DNA from: Lingula anatina
Lineage: Eukaryota; Animalia; Brachiopoda
DNA length: 64,000 nucleotides
Direction of reading: 5' to 3'
NCBI GenBank assembly: GCA_051362555.1
Contig: CM120644.1
Location: 4,596,954-4,660,953 of the forward strand
Below, in pieces: positions 50,301 to 61,180 of the stretch. The position numbers and the translations under genes were made by a program. The notes beneath the pieces were generated by a model. The model saw nothing but the letters and a program-made list of their open reading frames with translations, ran no database searches and was not told the DNA's origin. The first letter of the stretch is position 1, and every line of letters starts with the position of its first letter.

Positions 50301-53300
50301 TGGGTTGAGGGACACTCTGTTGTGAGCATATCTTTTTCAGTCTTGAAAGCAGAATGGAATTATATAGTTTTCCTACACAACTTGATATAGAGATACTGCG
50401 GTAATTGTCTACATTACTGGGATCACCAGATTTATGGAGGGGAACAATGAAACTTTTATTCCATATTTTTGGGTATTGTTTACTCAAAAATACTGCATTG
50501 AATAGTTTATGCAGTACCTGTACTATGATTGCCGTACTCGCTTTCAGCATTTCATTGGTGATTCTATCTTCACCCGGAGATTTGCCTGTCCCTAGAGTTT
50601 TGATTTGCTTAAGTATTTCAGCCTGTGTTATTTCATGATCTAAACTGTCAAAATTTGCATTTTCAGCCTCTTTAACTGGCAACTGAGACTCAAGCATTTG
50701 TTTAAAGGTGTCGTCATATTTGCCTAAGTCAGCGCTGCTGCTGAGTTTTTTAAAATGTTCAAAAAATGTTAGCGGATCAACATGTTCTGTAGAATTTGAT
50801 TTGTTTTTACTAGTGTTTAGATCTTGTACAGTTTGCCAAAAAGCCTTTGGATCTTTCCCTTCCATATTTTGAAGTTTTTCGAGGAGGCTCGCCTTATATT
50901 CATAAGAGGCTTTTTTGCAGGTTCTTTTGTATTTATTTAGGGATTTATAAAAAGTCCCCACCACAACTGGGTCATTTGGGTATTTACTTCTAGATTTTGC
51001 TAAAGTTTTTAGTTCTTGTTTCATTTCTAGCAGAGATTTTGTGTACCACACTTTTTTTTCTTACTGACCGTTTCCTTTTCAATTGCCTAGTGCAACAGAG
51101 TGATTTGTCTGCTGCAGATTTCATTATGGCGTTAAATCTAGTTACTAATGTTTCAGGGTTACTGGTTTCATAAAATTTTGAGATCAGTTGTTGGCTTTCT
51201 ATGCTGGAGAGCGCACTTAAAAATTTTTCACCTGAGTCTTTTGACCACCTATATTTTGATGGTATAGGATGTACGTTGCTTGTATGTGAATTTTTCTGGG
51301 TAATATGACAGGGTAAGATGTATTGAAGTAGGCAATGATCTGAGTAAGGGGTCAGGTCCTCTACTTTAAAGAACAAAATACTTCTAGCAAGTTCGGAGCT
51401 ACACACCACATAATCTACTGTGCTGCACCCATTAGGCTGGTAACTAGTGTACCTTCCTACCAGATCTCCTATTTTTGTTCCGTTTAAAATTCTCACATTA
51501 CAAGTTTTGCATAAGTCCAGAAGTTTCTTTCCAAAATCGTTCACCTTGTGAGAGTCCATATTGTTTCTAAAACCTGGTAAATCACAGGAGTAAAACCCAT
51601 TAGCTATGGGTATATGATTAACAGAGTCCTCCTGCACAAAGTCTGGGTGAACATTTGTATAGGCATTAAAATCGCCTTGAACAATCACATGAGAACTGTT
51701 GGCAACTTGAGTTATTTCCTCGTGGAGAGAGTCAAACATGTCTACATTGGTGCGTACACTATAGCTAGAGTTTGCTGGACTGATATATACAGTAAGTAGA
51801 GTGATATCCTTGCACGTATGAAAAAAAGACTTTGTAAGTTTAATACTAAGGATGTTTTCACTTCTACATTTTAGTTTTTCTATACCAGCACTAATGCACT
51901 TTTTAACAAAAACTAACAATAACAATATCGGTCCTCTCTACAATCCAATTCAGGAAATGACGTAACCGCAGAGGTCGCATTGTCCAATGGCATAGCTTCT
52001 TTTTCGTAATGGTAGGTTAGAGAGGACCGATATAAACATCAGAGGTGGAATTTTGATTTACGGTTTGATTGATGCACGGAATTTACAAACGAGCGACGGG
52101 ATGATGTAGCCTGCAGTATTTGCGGTAAGCGTGCCAAGTTTTAGGCCGCTCCGATGCCCGGCAGTATTTTATTTAGATTATTATGTTTAAAATTGTGGCT
52201 TCTTGTTTCAGAAGCTTATTCTATTTTATTGTCTCTATGGAGGTATATGGGGACTTTACGACATTCGGTTTGAAGGCTTTAACCACTTGTTATAGTTTAT
52301 TTTTGCATTGTATTGGATTAATGTGGCAGTGTAAGGTTGTCCTAGGTGGTTTTCAAGTTTATGCACCGGGTTTTAATATCATTTAGCGATTTTACGACAA
52401 CCGTTTACTATCCAATCAAGGTGACAGCCGAGCGTGGTACATTCCAACACCCTATTTGTAGACTTTCCAACGAAGCTGTCTTTTTCATTTTGTCTTTTTT
52501 CTGAATAGATAACATACCCGGCGTCTCATTGACTAGTTTCTATCCTTGTAGTATCCAACTGAATATAAATGTGATCCCGTATGACACAACTTTTTTGTAT
52601 GTGACCTATACTCGTTGACACGCTGAGACATCCTTAGCATTTTGTGAGCTGTATGTCCAGAATGCCATCTCCTTGAATCTGGTTTAATGGGCCTGTATAG
52701 GTGTTGGTTTGGTGTGGAGAAGCGATTGCTATCATTCAAACATTCAATATCATCCTTTCTGAGACCTAACATATGCTTTGTGTGTAGAATTAGTCTAGGA
52801 AGGCCACAGCGATCATTTAGATGAACGACGGAACGTTCATAAAAGACGGAACGTTTAATTGTTGTGACTGCTGGCTTGCGGAACCAACAGTGCGGAACGG
52901 CCTAAGAAAACAAACGCTCCAATAACAGCCAAAGAAAATTGTGACGTCACAGATAACTTAGACTATTAATAAATTATCAATTACAAGTAAACAAAAATCT
53001 GAAAATCTGAGAAATGTCAGCGCTATAGTGCACAGCTCTATTCGGCGGGTGTAAGGCAATAAATAGGTACATAAGCAACAGTCACCACACAAATAACAAT
53101 GCCTCACATCCTTCAGTTTAACGAAATGTAAGTTAAACATTATGTACATGTACTCTAAAGATAAAGTTAAAACTTGCAGTTATCGTGCTTATCAACATAG
53201 ATACCGGTATAACTTTACACCTGTACGATGCGATATTAAGATCTGCCAAAAAAAAAAAAAAAGAGAGAGAGAAAATGTCTGGTGAATACCACCTGCTTTG

Positions 53301-53356
53301 AGTTGTCCAAATATCACTCCTAGTCTACCTGTGCTCTTAAGTGAGTTAGCAAACAT
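43073..53356 (-). CDS. HAGH: Hydroxyacylglutathione hydrolase (glyoxalase II), 289 aa with N-terminal extension, 9 exons
   Basis: Exons (minus): 53356-53329, 48187-48018, 47723-47659, 46779-46659, 46129-46024, 44695-44592, 44238-44137, 43551-43472, 43166-43073. All are GT-AG and in phase. Motifs: [72 protein letters not shown]. Confidence 0.95.
44422..44462. repeat. (GT)n microsatellite
   Basis: Read directly. Confidence 0.9.
44805..45481. mobile_element. PIF/Harbinger-like MITE with duplicated right end
   Basis: Same TIR as 31409-31762. The right TIR occurs twice (ending about 45312 and 45481). TAA flanks. Confidence 0.8.
46118..46231. repeat. 4 x 28-bp tandem repeat spanning the HAGH exon 5 splice acceptor
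   Basis: Unit CAGGTTTCCTATCTGAAACAATATAACA read directly. Confidence 0.92.
47237..47300. repeat. (TA)n microsatellite
   Basis: Read directly. Confidence 0.9.
48619..51051 (-). CDS. LINE ORF2 reverse transcriptase portion (810 aa open frame)
   Basis: RT motifs QG..LSP and YADD, plus a C-terminal zinc knuckle. Confidence 0.88.
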   Translation of the reverse strand: MWYTKSLLEMKQELKTLAKSRSKYPNDPVVVGTFYKSLNKYKRTCKKASYEYKASLLEKLQNMEGKDPKAFWQTVQDLNTSKNKSNSTEHVDPLTFFEHFKKLSSSADLGKYDDTFKQMLESQLPVKEAENANFDSLDHEITQAEILKQIKTLGTGKSPGEDRITNEMLKASTAIIVQVLHKLFNAVFLSKQYPKIWNKSFIVPLHKSGDPSNVDNYRSISISSCVGKLYNSILLSRLKKICSQQSVPQPNQTGFMEGHSTSNNLFVLKSIVTKLTRSRKRLYACFVDMSKAFDSVWRKGLPYKLLKLNVGGVFYANIRSMYDQATACVKTSSGLTDCFPTMKGVKQGDTLSPFLFNIFVDDMLKLIDDVKSDSPIINNKPVTGLFYADDLVLLSTRASGLQYSLNRIEAYCFTWRLSINLSKTKIIIFNSKGKVQNNQVQCKEKFFLYNSQLTIAPSYMYFGILFTRSGNFTAAQLNLYERAQKALFSLKSYMPLWSSISSSLKEKLFDTMIIPVATYAVEVWGSSRITDKSPVEKIHLRFCKELLGVHSKSTNQAVRGELGRLPVSFKIQTQLIKFWQKILNSEDNSLLKQAYLDEIENYKLLNTSNLTEIKQENMSWCEGVRQILFENGFGDVWLGQRYDKNFIQQFRERIRDRITQEWQRDITNTKSKLQVYCQYKNKCVKERYLDTIKDRDKCTTLTRFRISAHNLGIETGRHDKIPQADRICKKCHSGEIEDEIHFLVSCPLYTDLRYDLYSIYKKQHSHFEHLTRMDKFKTLMTGKKNEHINALAKYLWLAFQKRDCAAPITS
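50990..51925 (-). CDS. LINE ORF2 apurinic-like endonuclease portion (5'-truncated, frameshifted from the RT)
   Basis: GDFN, DY and SDH motifs. The frame changes at the A8 run (51059-51052). Confidence 0.8.
   Translation of the reverse strand: MLLLVFVKKCISAGIEKLKCRSENILSIKLTKSFFHTCKDITLLTVYISPANSSYSVRTNVDMFDSLHEEITQVANSSHVIVQGDFNAYTNVHPDFVQEDSVNHIPIANGFYSCDLPGFRNNMDSHKVNDFGKKLLDLCKTCNVRILNGTKIGDLVGRYTSYQPNGCSTVDYVVCSSELARSILFFKVEDLTPYSDHCLLQYILPCHITQKNSHTSNVHPIPSKYRWSKDSGEKFLSALSSIESQQLISKFYETSNPETLVTRFNAIMKSAADKSLCCTRQLKRKRSVRKKSVVHKISARNETRTKNFSKI
51925..52033. mobile_element. Tiny TIR element at the LINE 5' junction
   Basis: 16-bp perfect inverted repeat ATATCGGTCCTCTCTA (51925-51940) / TAGAGAGGACCGATAT (52018-52033). 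Confidence 0.55.
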
Positions 53357-53694
53357 AGGATCACGCCACAGTTAGCCACACACAGTATAGGATGCCGATA
53401 TAGGTCACGAGAAATCTAGGCCACTGCGCAGCCGCTTTCGATCATGTTCAATTTGCTCACCAGAGGGCAGTCAACTCATCAAATGAGACAGTAAAAGCGC
53501 GGACTAAAAGCTATTTTATTGCGTCTAATGCTGTCTCCTTTTTTGATCGCATACTTTCACTAAGCCTTCTTAAAATAACTCATTTGTGTGGTAAAAAAAT
53601 CTCAACTTTATCTTCCTACGTTTCGTCTTGGCATTTTAAATCACGTGATTTGGAAAGAGAAAGTAACTGAGAAAAGTTAGAAAGAGGAACAGAC
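53357..53694. promoter_or_regulatory. Probable bidirectional promoter HAGH / TRIM
   Basis: Divergent ATGs are 338 bp apart. CTCF-like TCACCAGAGGGCAG (53457-53470) and E-box TCACGTGA (53641-53648). Confidence 0.5.
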
Positions 53695-56600
53695 ATGAAC
53701 GAAGAACTTATCTGCCCTGTTTGTTTGGAACTTTTCAAAGACCCTATTTTGCTCCCCTGCTCTCATAACGTCTGTCGTGAATGTATGTGGGAATGGATCA
53801 AGCACGGGGATGGAAAAGGCAGCCTGGCAGGTGGGGACGGAGCAGCTGCAACAACAGTCCCTGGAAACACCACTGTCACCTGTGCTGATCAGTTTGTGTC
53901 GGCAAAACGTTTCCCGAAAAAGGGCAAAACTCCACTGAGCTTCACCTGTCCGTCTTGCAGAGTAGTTCACAAGTTGACCAAGAAAGGGCTTGACGAGTTT
54001 CCTGTTAACCGCGCGCTTCGCAACATTGTTGAAAGTTATGAAAAAGAAAAAGCTAACTCAACCAAAACACAACTAGAATCAAAAGATGTACATGTACATG
54101 TAGCAGAGGCCAGCAGGCGACAGATGCAAAGCAAAGACCAGCAACCTTCGGAGTTTGAAGGTGTCACCAAAGATGACATATTGTGTCATTTTTGTGAGGG
54201 TCAACCGACCAAGGCCACCAAAGGATGTCAACAGTGTCAGATGTTCTATTGCGATGCCTGTTTTGTCAGTGCGCACCCGCTAAAGGGCCCTTTTGCCTTA
54301 CACATCATCAAAACTTCTGAGGAGCTTAAAAACACCAGGCCTCAACCAATGTGTAAGAAGCACAAGAAGATGTTAGAGATTTTCTGCACCCAGTGTATTA
54401 TTCCAGTGTGCCATCTCTGTGCTCTTGTGGGTGAACACAGTGGGCATAAGTTTGGGGAAATTGGCATGGAATTTCAGAAAAAGAAGGTATTTTGAAACAT
54501 CATTTGCCATAATGTGTCTGCGCATTTAACATGTATGCAAATTAAATGTTCATGTTCATATATCAGTGTTAGCAGACTTTGGCTACATGTACATGTACTC
54601 TTCAGTACTATTAAGACATTGGGAAACAGTTGGTCCAACCATTCATGACTTCTTGAAGAACCAGAGGACCAGCAAAATTTTTGAGAATATAGATCCTCTA
54701 AACCAGCAAGAGTTATGTGAAACAAAAAATTGAAATAAATCGCATGTAAACATAGGCTAATGGAAAAAACACTTAATTAGTGCTGACCACCACAGAATTT
54801 GGTAGACGTGAAGATTTCTTGTACTGGGGTAGTGCAGATCTTCACCTTCCCCCATGTCTGAGATATTTATTATATAACATATTTCATTGCTACAAATTGG
54901 TTTTAGTGTGAGCAGTGGATCAAATCATTTTTTATTTTGTGTCAAGACAAAAAAAGTCTTATCTGCCTGCTCACTGTGTCTGACCATGTTAATGCAGTCA
55001 CCATCTGACACTGGTGTTCACCTTAAAACTAAGTAAGGGCCCAGTGGTTGACATATATTTGTTTCTTTATGTCCAGTCTATATCTGAAACATATTGAGTA
55101 AAACATGCAATCATTACCAGTTATATGTTTATAATTTCAGTCAAATGCACAGACATATCTGACCAGACTGGAAGAAAGGGAACAGAGATTTCTAGAGGAA
55201 AACAGGATTCTGGAAAATGGCTTAAAGAAAACAAATGTTTGTATCTTTTGTAAAATATTGCTCCAGAGAACATGTGGATATATTAGAATTTGTAAATTTT
55301 TACTCGTAAGCTGCAGTAAAACTTTTTTTTTTTAATTGTAATGCTAACAATCTTTTTTAGGAAAACTGTGGTAAACTGTGTGAGAAAGTGAAAAGAGAAT
55401 GTGCGGGGATAATTCATCGAGTTCAGAGTAAGGAACTTGAGATGATCTCTGAACTAAAACAGGTGAGAAGGATTCTCAGCCCTGTAGCCCTTGGGGGAGG
55501 AGTCACTGAGAGGGAAGGGGGATGAAAGATCAAGTTTTTTTTTTTTCGACTGGAAGTTAAATGTCTACAAACAATGATAATTACTCGATCTTTTTTAAAT
55601 ACTGCATTTTTTTAAGTCATAAATTCTTGAAATAAGAACATTTCTTTTGAGCAGTAGCTGCATAAGTGAAAAGCAGACCACTTAAATTGTTTTTCTGTTC
55701 TGTACAGTAAAAGAAATACAGGTGGTACAAAGTGAATCCTTAACAGACTTCATGCTGAACTTCAACAAATTGTGAGTAGAAAATAAAATCAGTAGAGCTG
55801 ATTTCCAGGATGAATCAGTTAAGTTGAAGAAAATCGAACAGGCGAAGTTGGCATGTGGCTCAAAGGCAGCTACAACTGGTGATTTGGCAGAAATGACAAG
55901 AAAGATTCTTGAGGAAGAAGACCCAGTGCATTTTCTTATGGTAAGTTTTAGAAAACTTAATATTAATTGCATCTCCATTATCAAAAAAAAAAAAACAAAA
56001 AACTTAAACTATTAACCTTATGTAACCACGCATAGAGATTTTTAAGTGTCTTAATTAAACACTGCACACAGAAAAATAAAACAACTCCTTGATTAACATT
56101 TATTTTGTATTTTAAAAGGGAGCAGACATGCACTTTCCTCCTCATCCAACATCAACCATCTAGATTTTACATTCAACTTTTGTTTTTAGTTGAAATATCA
56201 GCCAAAGATTGTCAGCATGTTATTGATTCTTTCTAGGCACAATAAATTATTGTTATGATATGTTTCTATAGTTAATGGCTACAAAAATATAATATGATAA
56301 AATGTAATTATTGGATAAGAAGCCAAGCTATTCAAATATTAGCTAGAGCCAACATGTATACTATCAGTTTCTCATACAATCCTCCTTTCAAATGGATCCT
56401 GACACCATATGCTTACAGTAACTGTTTGGAAAATATGCTATATGGCTAGAACACAATAAAATAATTAATTTACTTCGCATAAAGTTATATTAACTTCTCA
56501 TCTAAAATTTCTTTTGTTTGTATGTATTTCTGTTGTGTAAAAAAAAAAAGAAGTTTCAATATTTGTTTCATTTTAGGAATATAAGTCTGTCTCTTCAAGG

Positions 56601-57187
56601 TTTGTATTTTACATATTTATACTCTTGATTTTTGTAACAACCTGTATATAACAGGTAAAGCAATAGACTCTCTGATGATCGTCTGGTACAAAATACCTTG
56701 ATAATGTTTATGCAATCTTTTGATGTTAAAGCAATATCAGTTAGCATAGTATAATCTTAGTCTGGTGAGAAATGGCACGACTAAATATCTGCATGCCCAT
56801 AATACTGGGTAACAACAATGGGTTATCATCTTTGAAAGTCTGTCAAAATACTCCTATGTGTTGAATTACAATGGGGGTGTTTTCATGTGAAAGGGGGTGG
56901 ATTTCTCTTACTGACAAACAATTTTGTTTTTCCAAACATTGCTTTGTATTTTTAACTTTTTAATTTTTTAGCCGAAAATGATACTAAAACAACTCTGGGG
57001 CACTGACATACAGTACCAGCTAGTCTGTTAATATTGTTTTCTGTCATATTTAGAGCTGAACAAGAGCTTTCTGAAGGGGTGCAATCCATGAATTTGTTTG
57101 CAGATGAAGTGTCAACATTCAAAAAAGATTTTAAAATCCAGACGGAATTTGTCACGATGCTTCAAAAAACACTGGAGTTGTCTGAAG
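53695..57187 (+). CDS. Tripartite-motif E3 ligase (RING-Bbox1-Bbox2-coiled coil; TRIM9/36/MID1-like class), partial, continues beyond the window
   Basis: Exons 53695-54486, 55141-55236, 55361-55462, 55809-55940, 56577-56599 (23-nt micro-exon), 57054-57187, all in phase with no stop. RING CPVC..LPCSHNVCREC...CPSCR, B-box1 CHFC...CQQC..YCDAC..HP....H, B-box2 CKKH...FCTQC..PVCHLC...EHSGH. Confidence 0.9.
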
Positions 57188-57699
57188 GTACGTGTATGAC
57201 TGAATTGTTTTGAATGAAATATTTTAAGTAAATCCATTCTACTGAGGTAAAATTTTTGTCACAGTGTAATACCAATGAAATAGGCTTCAGGTCCATGAGG
57301 GTTCAAGTTCACACTGAAAATGCCAAAATAAGAAAAATAAGAATTCACAAAAATTTACATAAATTCAGTTAAAAAATTATAATCCAATAGAGCGGGTTTT
57401 CTAATAGAGCTATATGTCAAATTTCAGAATCAATCTTAAAAGTTGAAAAAACAATAAGTAACACAGTTTTCTTTTCATAACATTTGTGGTGGCAGTATTT
57501 TTTTTTTTTTTTTTTTTTTTGGTAAATTTTGATGCAGTATTATATAATGATTAATGGTATTACAATCAATTTTTAATTATCTACCATAAATATCATGGGC
57601 ATTTAGAAAATTAGATTACCATTTGGCTTGATTCCCATTCTTTCAGCATATTTTATCCACCATTATACAGATAACTTGAAAACCATGTAATGTTTTGCT

Positions 57700-57942
57700 A
57701 GGCTGCGTTCACATGAAAAATCTATTTTCTAAAAATCTATTTGCAATATCTTGTGATCACGGTCTGTGCCCTGAATACCCCTCGGTGTAATTACTGGCAG
57801 CGCCAAGAATTAATTACAGCTTTGAAAGTAACTGGCTCGCATTGCCCGTAATTACGCCGTGGGGTATTCAGGACACAGACCGTGATCACAAGATACCACA
57901 AATAGATTTTTAGAAAATAGATTTTTCATGTGAACACAGCCT
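57700..57942. mobile_element. Palindromic MITE (Harbinger-like)
   Basis: AGGCTGCGTTCACATGAAAAATCTATTTTCTAAAAATCTATTTG ... CAAATAGATTTTTAGAAAATAGATTTTTCATGTGAACACAGCCT. Confidence 0.8.
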
Positions 57943-59160
57943 TAGTCTGATTCATAGGACGAATATATAGATCAAGTTTGAAAATAAGCTTGATCAGTCC
58001 AGTTTCGGTTAAGTTATGCCTTTTTTTTTCGTATATATTTTGTTTTTCCTAAGATTCAATTTTTAGGCATGTTAACAGTGTTATTATTGAACTAATTAGA
58101 TATGTTAAAGTGTTCTATTGACATTCTCTGCATCTTAATAATATTGTTGATTATATGAATATGATGGTAAATCTGTCTTTGTTTGTTGTGTTATAATGTG
58201 TCAATAATGGAAATAACTCATACATGTATCATTGCAGTTTGTCAGATTCAATCCTTCGCTTTGTTCAGAATCTCAGAATGAAGCAATTGGACATTTAAAA
58301 TTGCTATGTTGATATTTTTTTCCATCTCAGCAATTTTTTTGGTCGATCATACAACAATGATAGTAAATTGGTTAGTTTGTATCTTATACAAAAGTTTTGA
58401 AAATGGAAGTAAACTCATTTCATTAATATTTTTTTGTGAAATTTTAATTTTTTCACAAATTGGCATTTTTCAGGTGTGACTTACAACTTCCATGGGCTTG
58501 AAGAACTTTGCTAGTCACATTTTTGAATACCCATGATACTTTTAGTATATTATGAAAAATAGTTGGTGATTATGCTGTTAATTAAGCATTATGTAATATT
58601 GCATTAAAATTGAAGAAGTACTTTTTTGGGAATTGCCGCAATACAGAAGATTAAATGAAAAACAATTTCTTATGATTCTCAAACCTACTAAAAAGATTCA
58701 TGGGACTGAGATGTATCTTGAGTATGATTGCATTTTTTTTCTGTAAGGTATGCAGTTATTTGTGAATTTTTTTTCAAATATTGGCATTTATATTGCGGGA
58801 CTAAAAACTACCACAGGCATTCTGTCAAATGGTATTGACATTTTGTGAATGTCAGTGTTTTGTATAGTACATGATTAAAAATTAATGGTGATTATGCTGT
58901 TAATCATTATGTAATATATTGCATCAAAATTGTCAAAAAACTTACTTTGCCACCACAAACATTTTGCTAGGAAAACTGTTACTTATTATTTTGTGATTCT
59001 TTGGAGTGACAAATTGGAAAACCAGCTAAATTGATAGGTTATCATTATTATTATTAAAATGTATGAATTTTCTGTGAAATTTTCATTTTTCTATTTCTGG
59101 CATTTTCAAAGTATGAACTTGAACATCAAAGAGCTTGAAGCATTGAGTTACTTACACATT

Positions 59161-61180
59161 TTTATGTACAGACACAGATGTGTCTGTACATATTGCCATC
59201 ATCTGCGTCTGTCGTCGCCGTCGTCGCCGTCATCGCCGTGCACTTTTACCGATAACACGATAAGTGGAAAACCATTTTACCTTTTGACTTGAAACTTGCA
59301 GAACTGATGAATATTCATAATACGCAGGTCAAGTTCGAAAATCAGCATGATCGGGTCACTTTTAGGGAATTTATGCTGTTTTTTCACTTTTTTCAGCATA
59401 TATGCAGCACCGATAACACGATAAGTGGAAAACCATTTTACCTTTTGCCTTGAAACTTACAGAACTGATGAATATTCATAATACGCAGGTCAAGTTCGAA
59501 AATCAGCATGATCGGGTCACTTTTAGGGAATTTATGCTGTTTTTTCACTTTTTTCAGCATATATGCAGCACCGATAACACGATAAGTGGAAAACCATTTT
59601 ACCTTTTGACTTGAAACTTACAGAACTGATGAATATTCATAATACGCAGGTCAAGTTCGAAAATCAGCATGATCGGGTCACTTTTAGGGACTTTATGCTG
59701 TTTTTTCACTTTTTTCAGCATATATGCAGCACCGATAACACGATAAGTGGAAAACCATTTTACCTTTTGACTTGAAACTTACAGAACTGATGAATATTCA
59801 TAATACGCAGGTCAAGTTCGAAAATCAGCATGATTGGGCCATTTTTAGGGAATTTATGCTGTTTTTTCACTATTTTCAATATAAATACAACACTGATAAC
59901 ACAATATAAGAAAAACGGATTGGCCAATTGTAATCATACTCACAGGAGTGGTCAATCTTACTAAAACGCAGGTTGAGTTCGAAAATCAGCATAATCAGGC
60001 CATTATTTTAGAAGTTATACTGTTTTTCACATTTCCTCAGATTCAATTATTAGGCATGTTAACAGTCTCATTATTTAACTAATAAGATGCCTAAAAGTGT
60101 TTGTTTGATATTTCCTGCATCTTAATAACATTGTTAGTTGATTATATAAAAAACATGGTAAACTTGTTATCATGTATTGTGTAATAAAGTGTCAAAAATG
60201 GAAATTAACTCATATCATTGCAGTTTGTCAGATTCAATCATCCACTATGTTCAAAATCTCAGAATGGAGGAAATTGGACATTTAACACTGTTCTATTGAT
60301 ACTTTTCCCATCTCATCAATTTTCTTAGTTGGTCATATAAAATGGCAGTAAAATGTTTATTTTGTTTTATGTTAAAAAAGTGTTAAAAATGGAAATAAAC
60401 CCATTTCAGAACAGTGCTGTCTTGTTTACATTTTGGCATTTTCAAGGCGAGACTTTGAAGTTCCATGGGCCTGAAGACCTTTGCTAGTCACATTTTCTGA
60501 ATATCTGTGAAACAAATATTTTATAATTAAAAATTGATGGTCATTAAGCTGTTAAACATTATGTAATATTGCACCAAAATTTGAAGAAACCCCTATTTTG
60601 GGCACTGCTTCCATGATGACCATTTAAGGAAAATCATGTCACTTACTGTTCTCAAACTTACAGGAAAGAAACATGGGACTAAAATACAGCTTCAGTAGGC
60701 AATGCAGTCTGTTTGGTATTTTTATTTATTTATTTATTTATTTTGGCAGTTAAACAGTTTTTTGTGAAAATTTAATTTTTCACATATTGGCATTTTTAAG
60801 GTGTGACTTTAAAGTTCCATGATCTTGAAGACTTTTGCTTGTCACATTTTCTGAATGTCCATGTTACTAATATTTTATTAATAACATTTGATTGTCATTA
60901 TGCTGTTAAACATTATGTAATGTTGCATCAAAATTTGAAGAAACCCCTATTTTGGGCACTGCTCCTATGATGACCATTTAAGGGAAATCATGTCACTTAC
61001 TGTTCTCAAACTTACAGGAAAGAAACATGGGTCTAACATACAGCTTCAATAGGCAACGCAGTCTGTTTGGTAAATTTTTCTGGCAATTTAACAGTTTTTT
61101 GTGAAAATTTAATTTTTCACTTATTTGCATCTTTATTTTCTGTTCTTTGTCTGTACATTTGACAGCTTTGCTGCCTTGTA
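59161..61180. mobile_element. Complete family A Helentron-type copy, inverted relative to the copies in the kinase introns, inside older degenerate copies (about 57260-61330)
   Basis: Hairpin ATGTACAGACACAGATGTGTCTGTACAT at about 59164, 4 x 161-bp tandem subrepeats (about 59250-59890), and other end TGTCTGTACATTTGACAGCTTTGCTGCCTTGT at about 61148-61179. Confidence 0.78.

Larger units (their letters stand above)
48450..51925 (-). mobile_element. 5'-truncated non-LTR retrotransposon (APE + RT + CCHC; RTE-X-like, clade tentative) in HAGH intron 1
   Basis: Endonuclease ORF 51925-50990 (VYISP, GDFNA, STVDY, SDH). RT ORF 51051-48619 ([38 protein letters not shown]-terminal RICKKC...HFLVSC). 3' UTR with AATAAA at 48466-48461. 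Confidence 0.9.

Noticed and set aside
50990-51060. Programmed ribosomal frameshift or separate ORF1/ORF2 in the LINE
   Set aside because: APE and RT are normally one ORF. A single extra A in a homopolymer explains the break.
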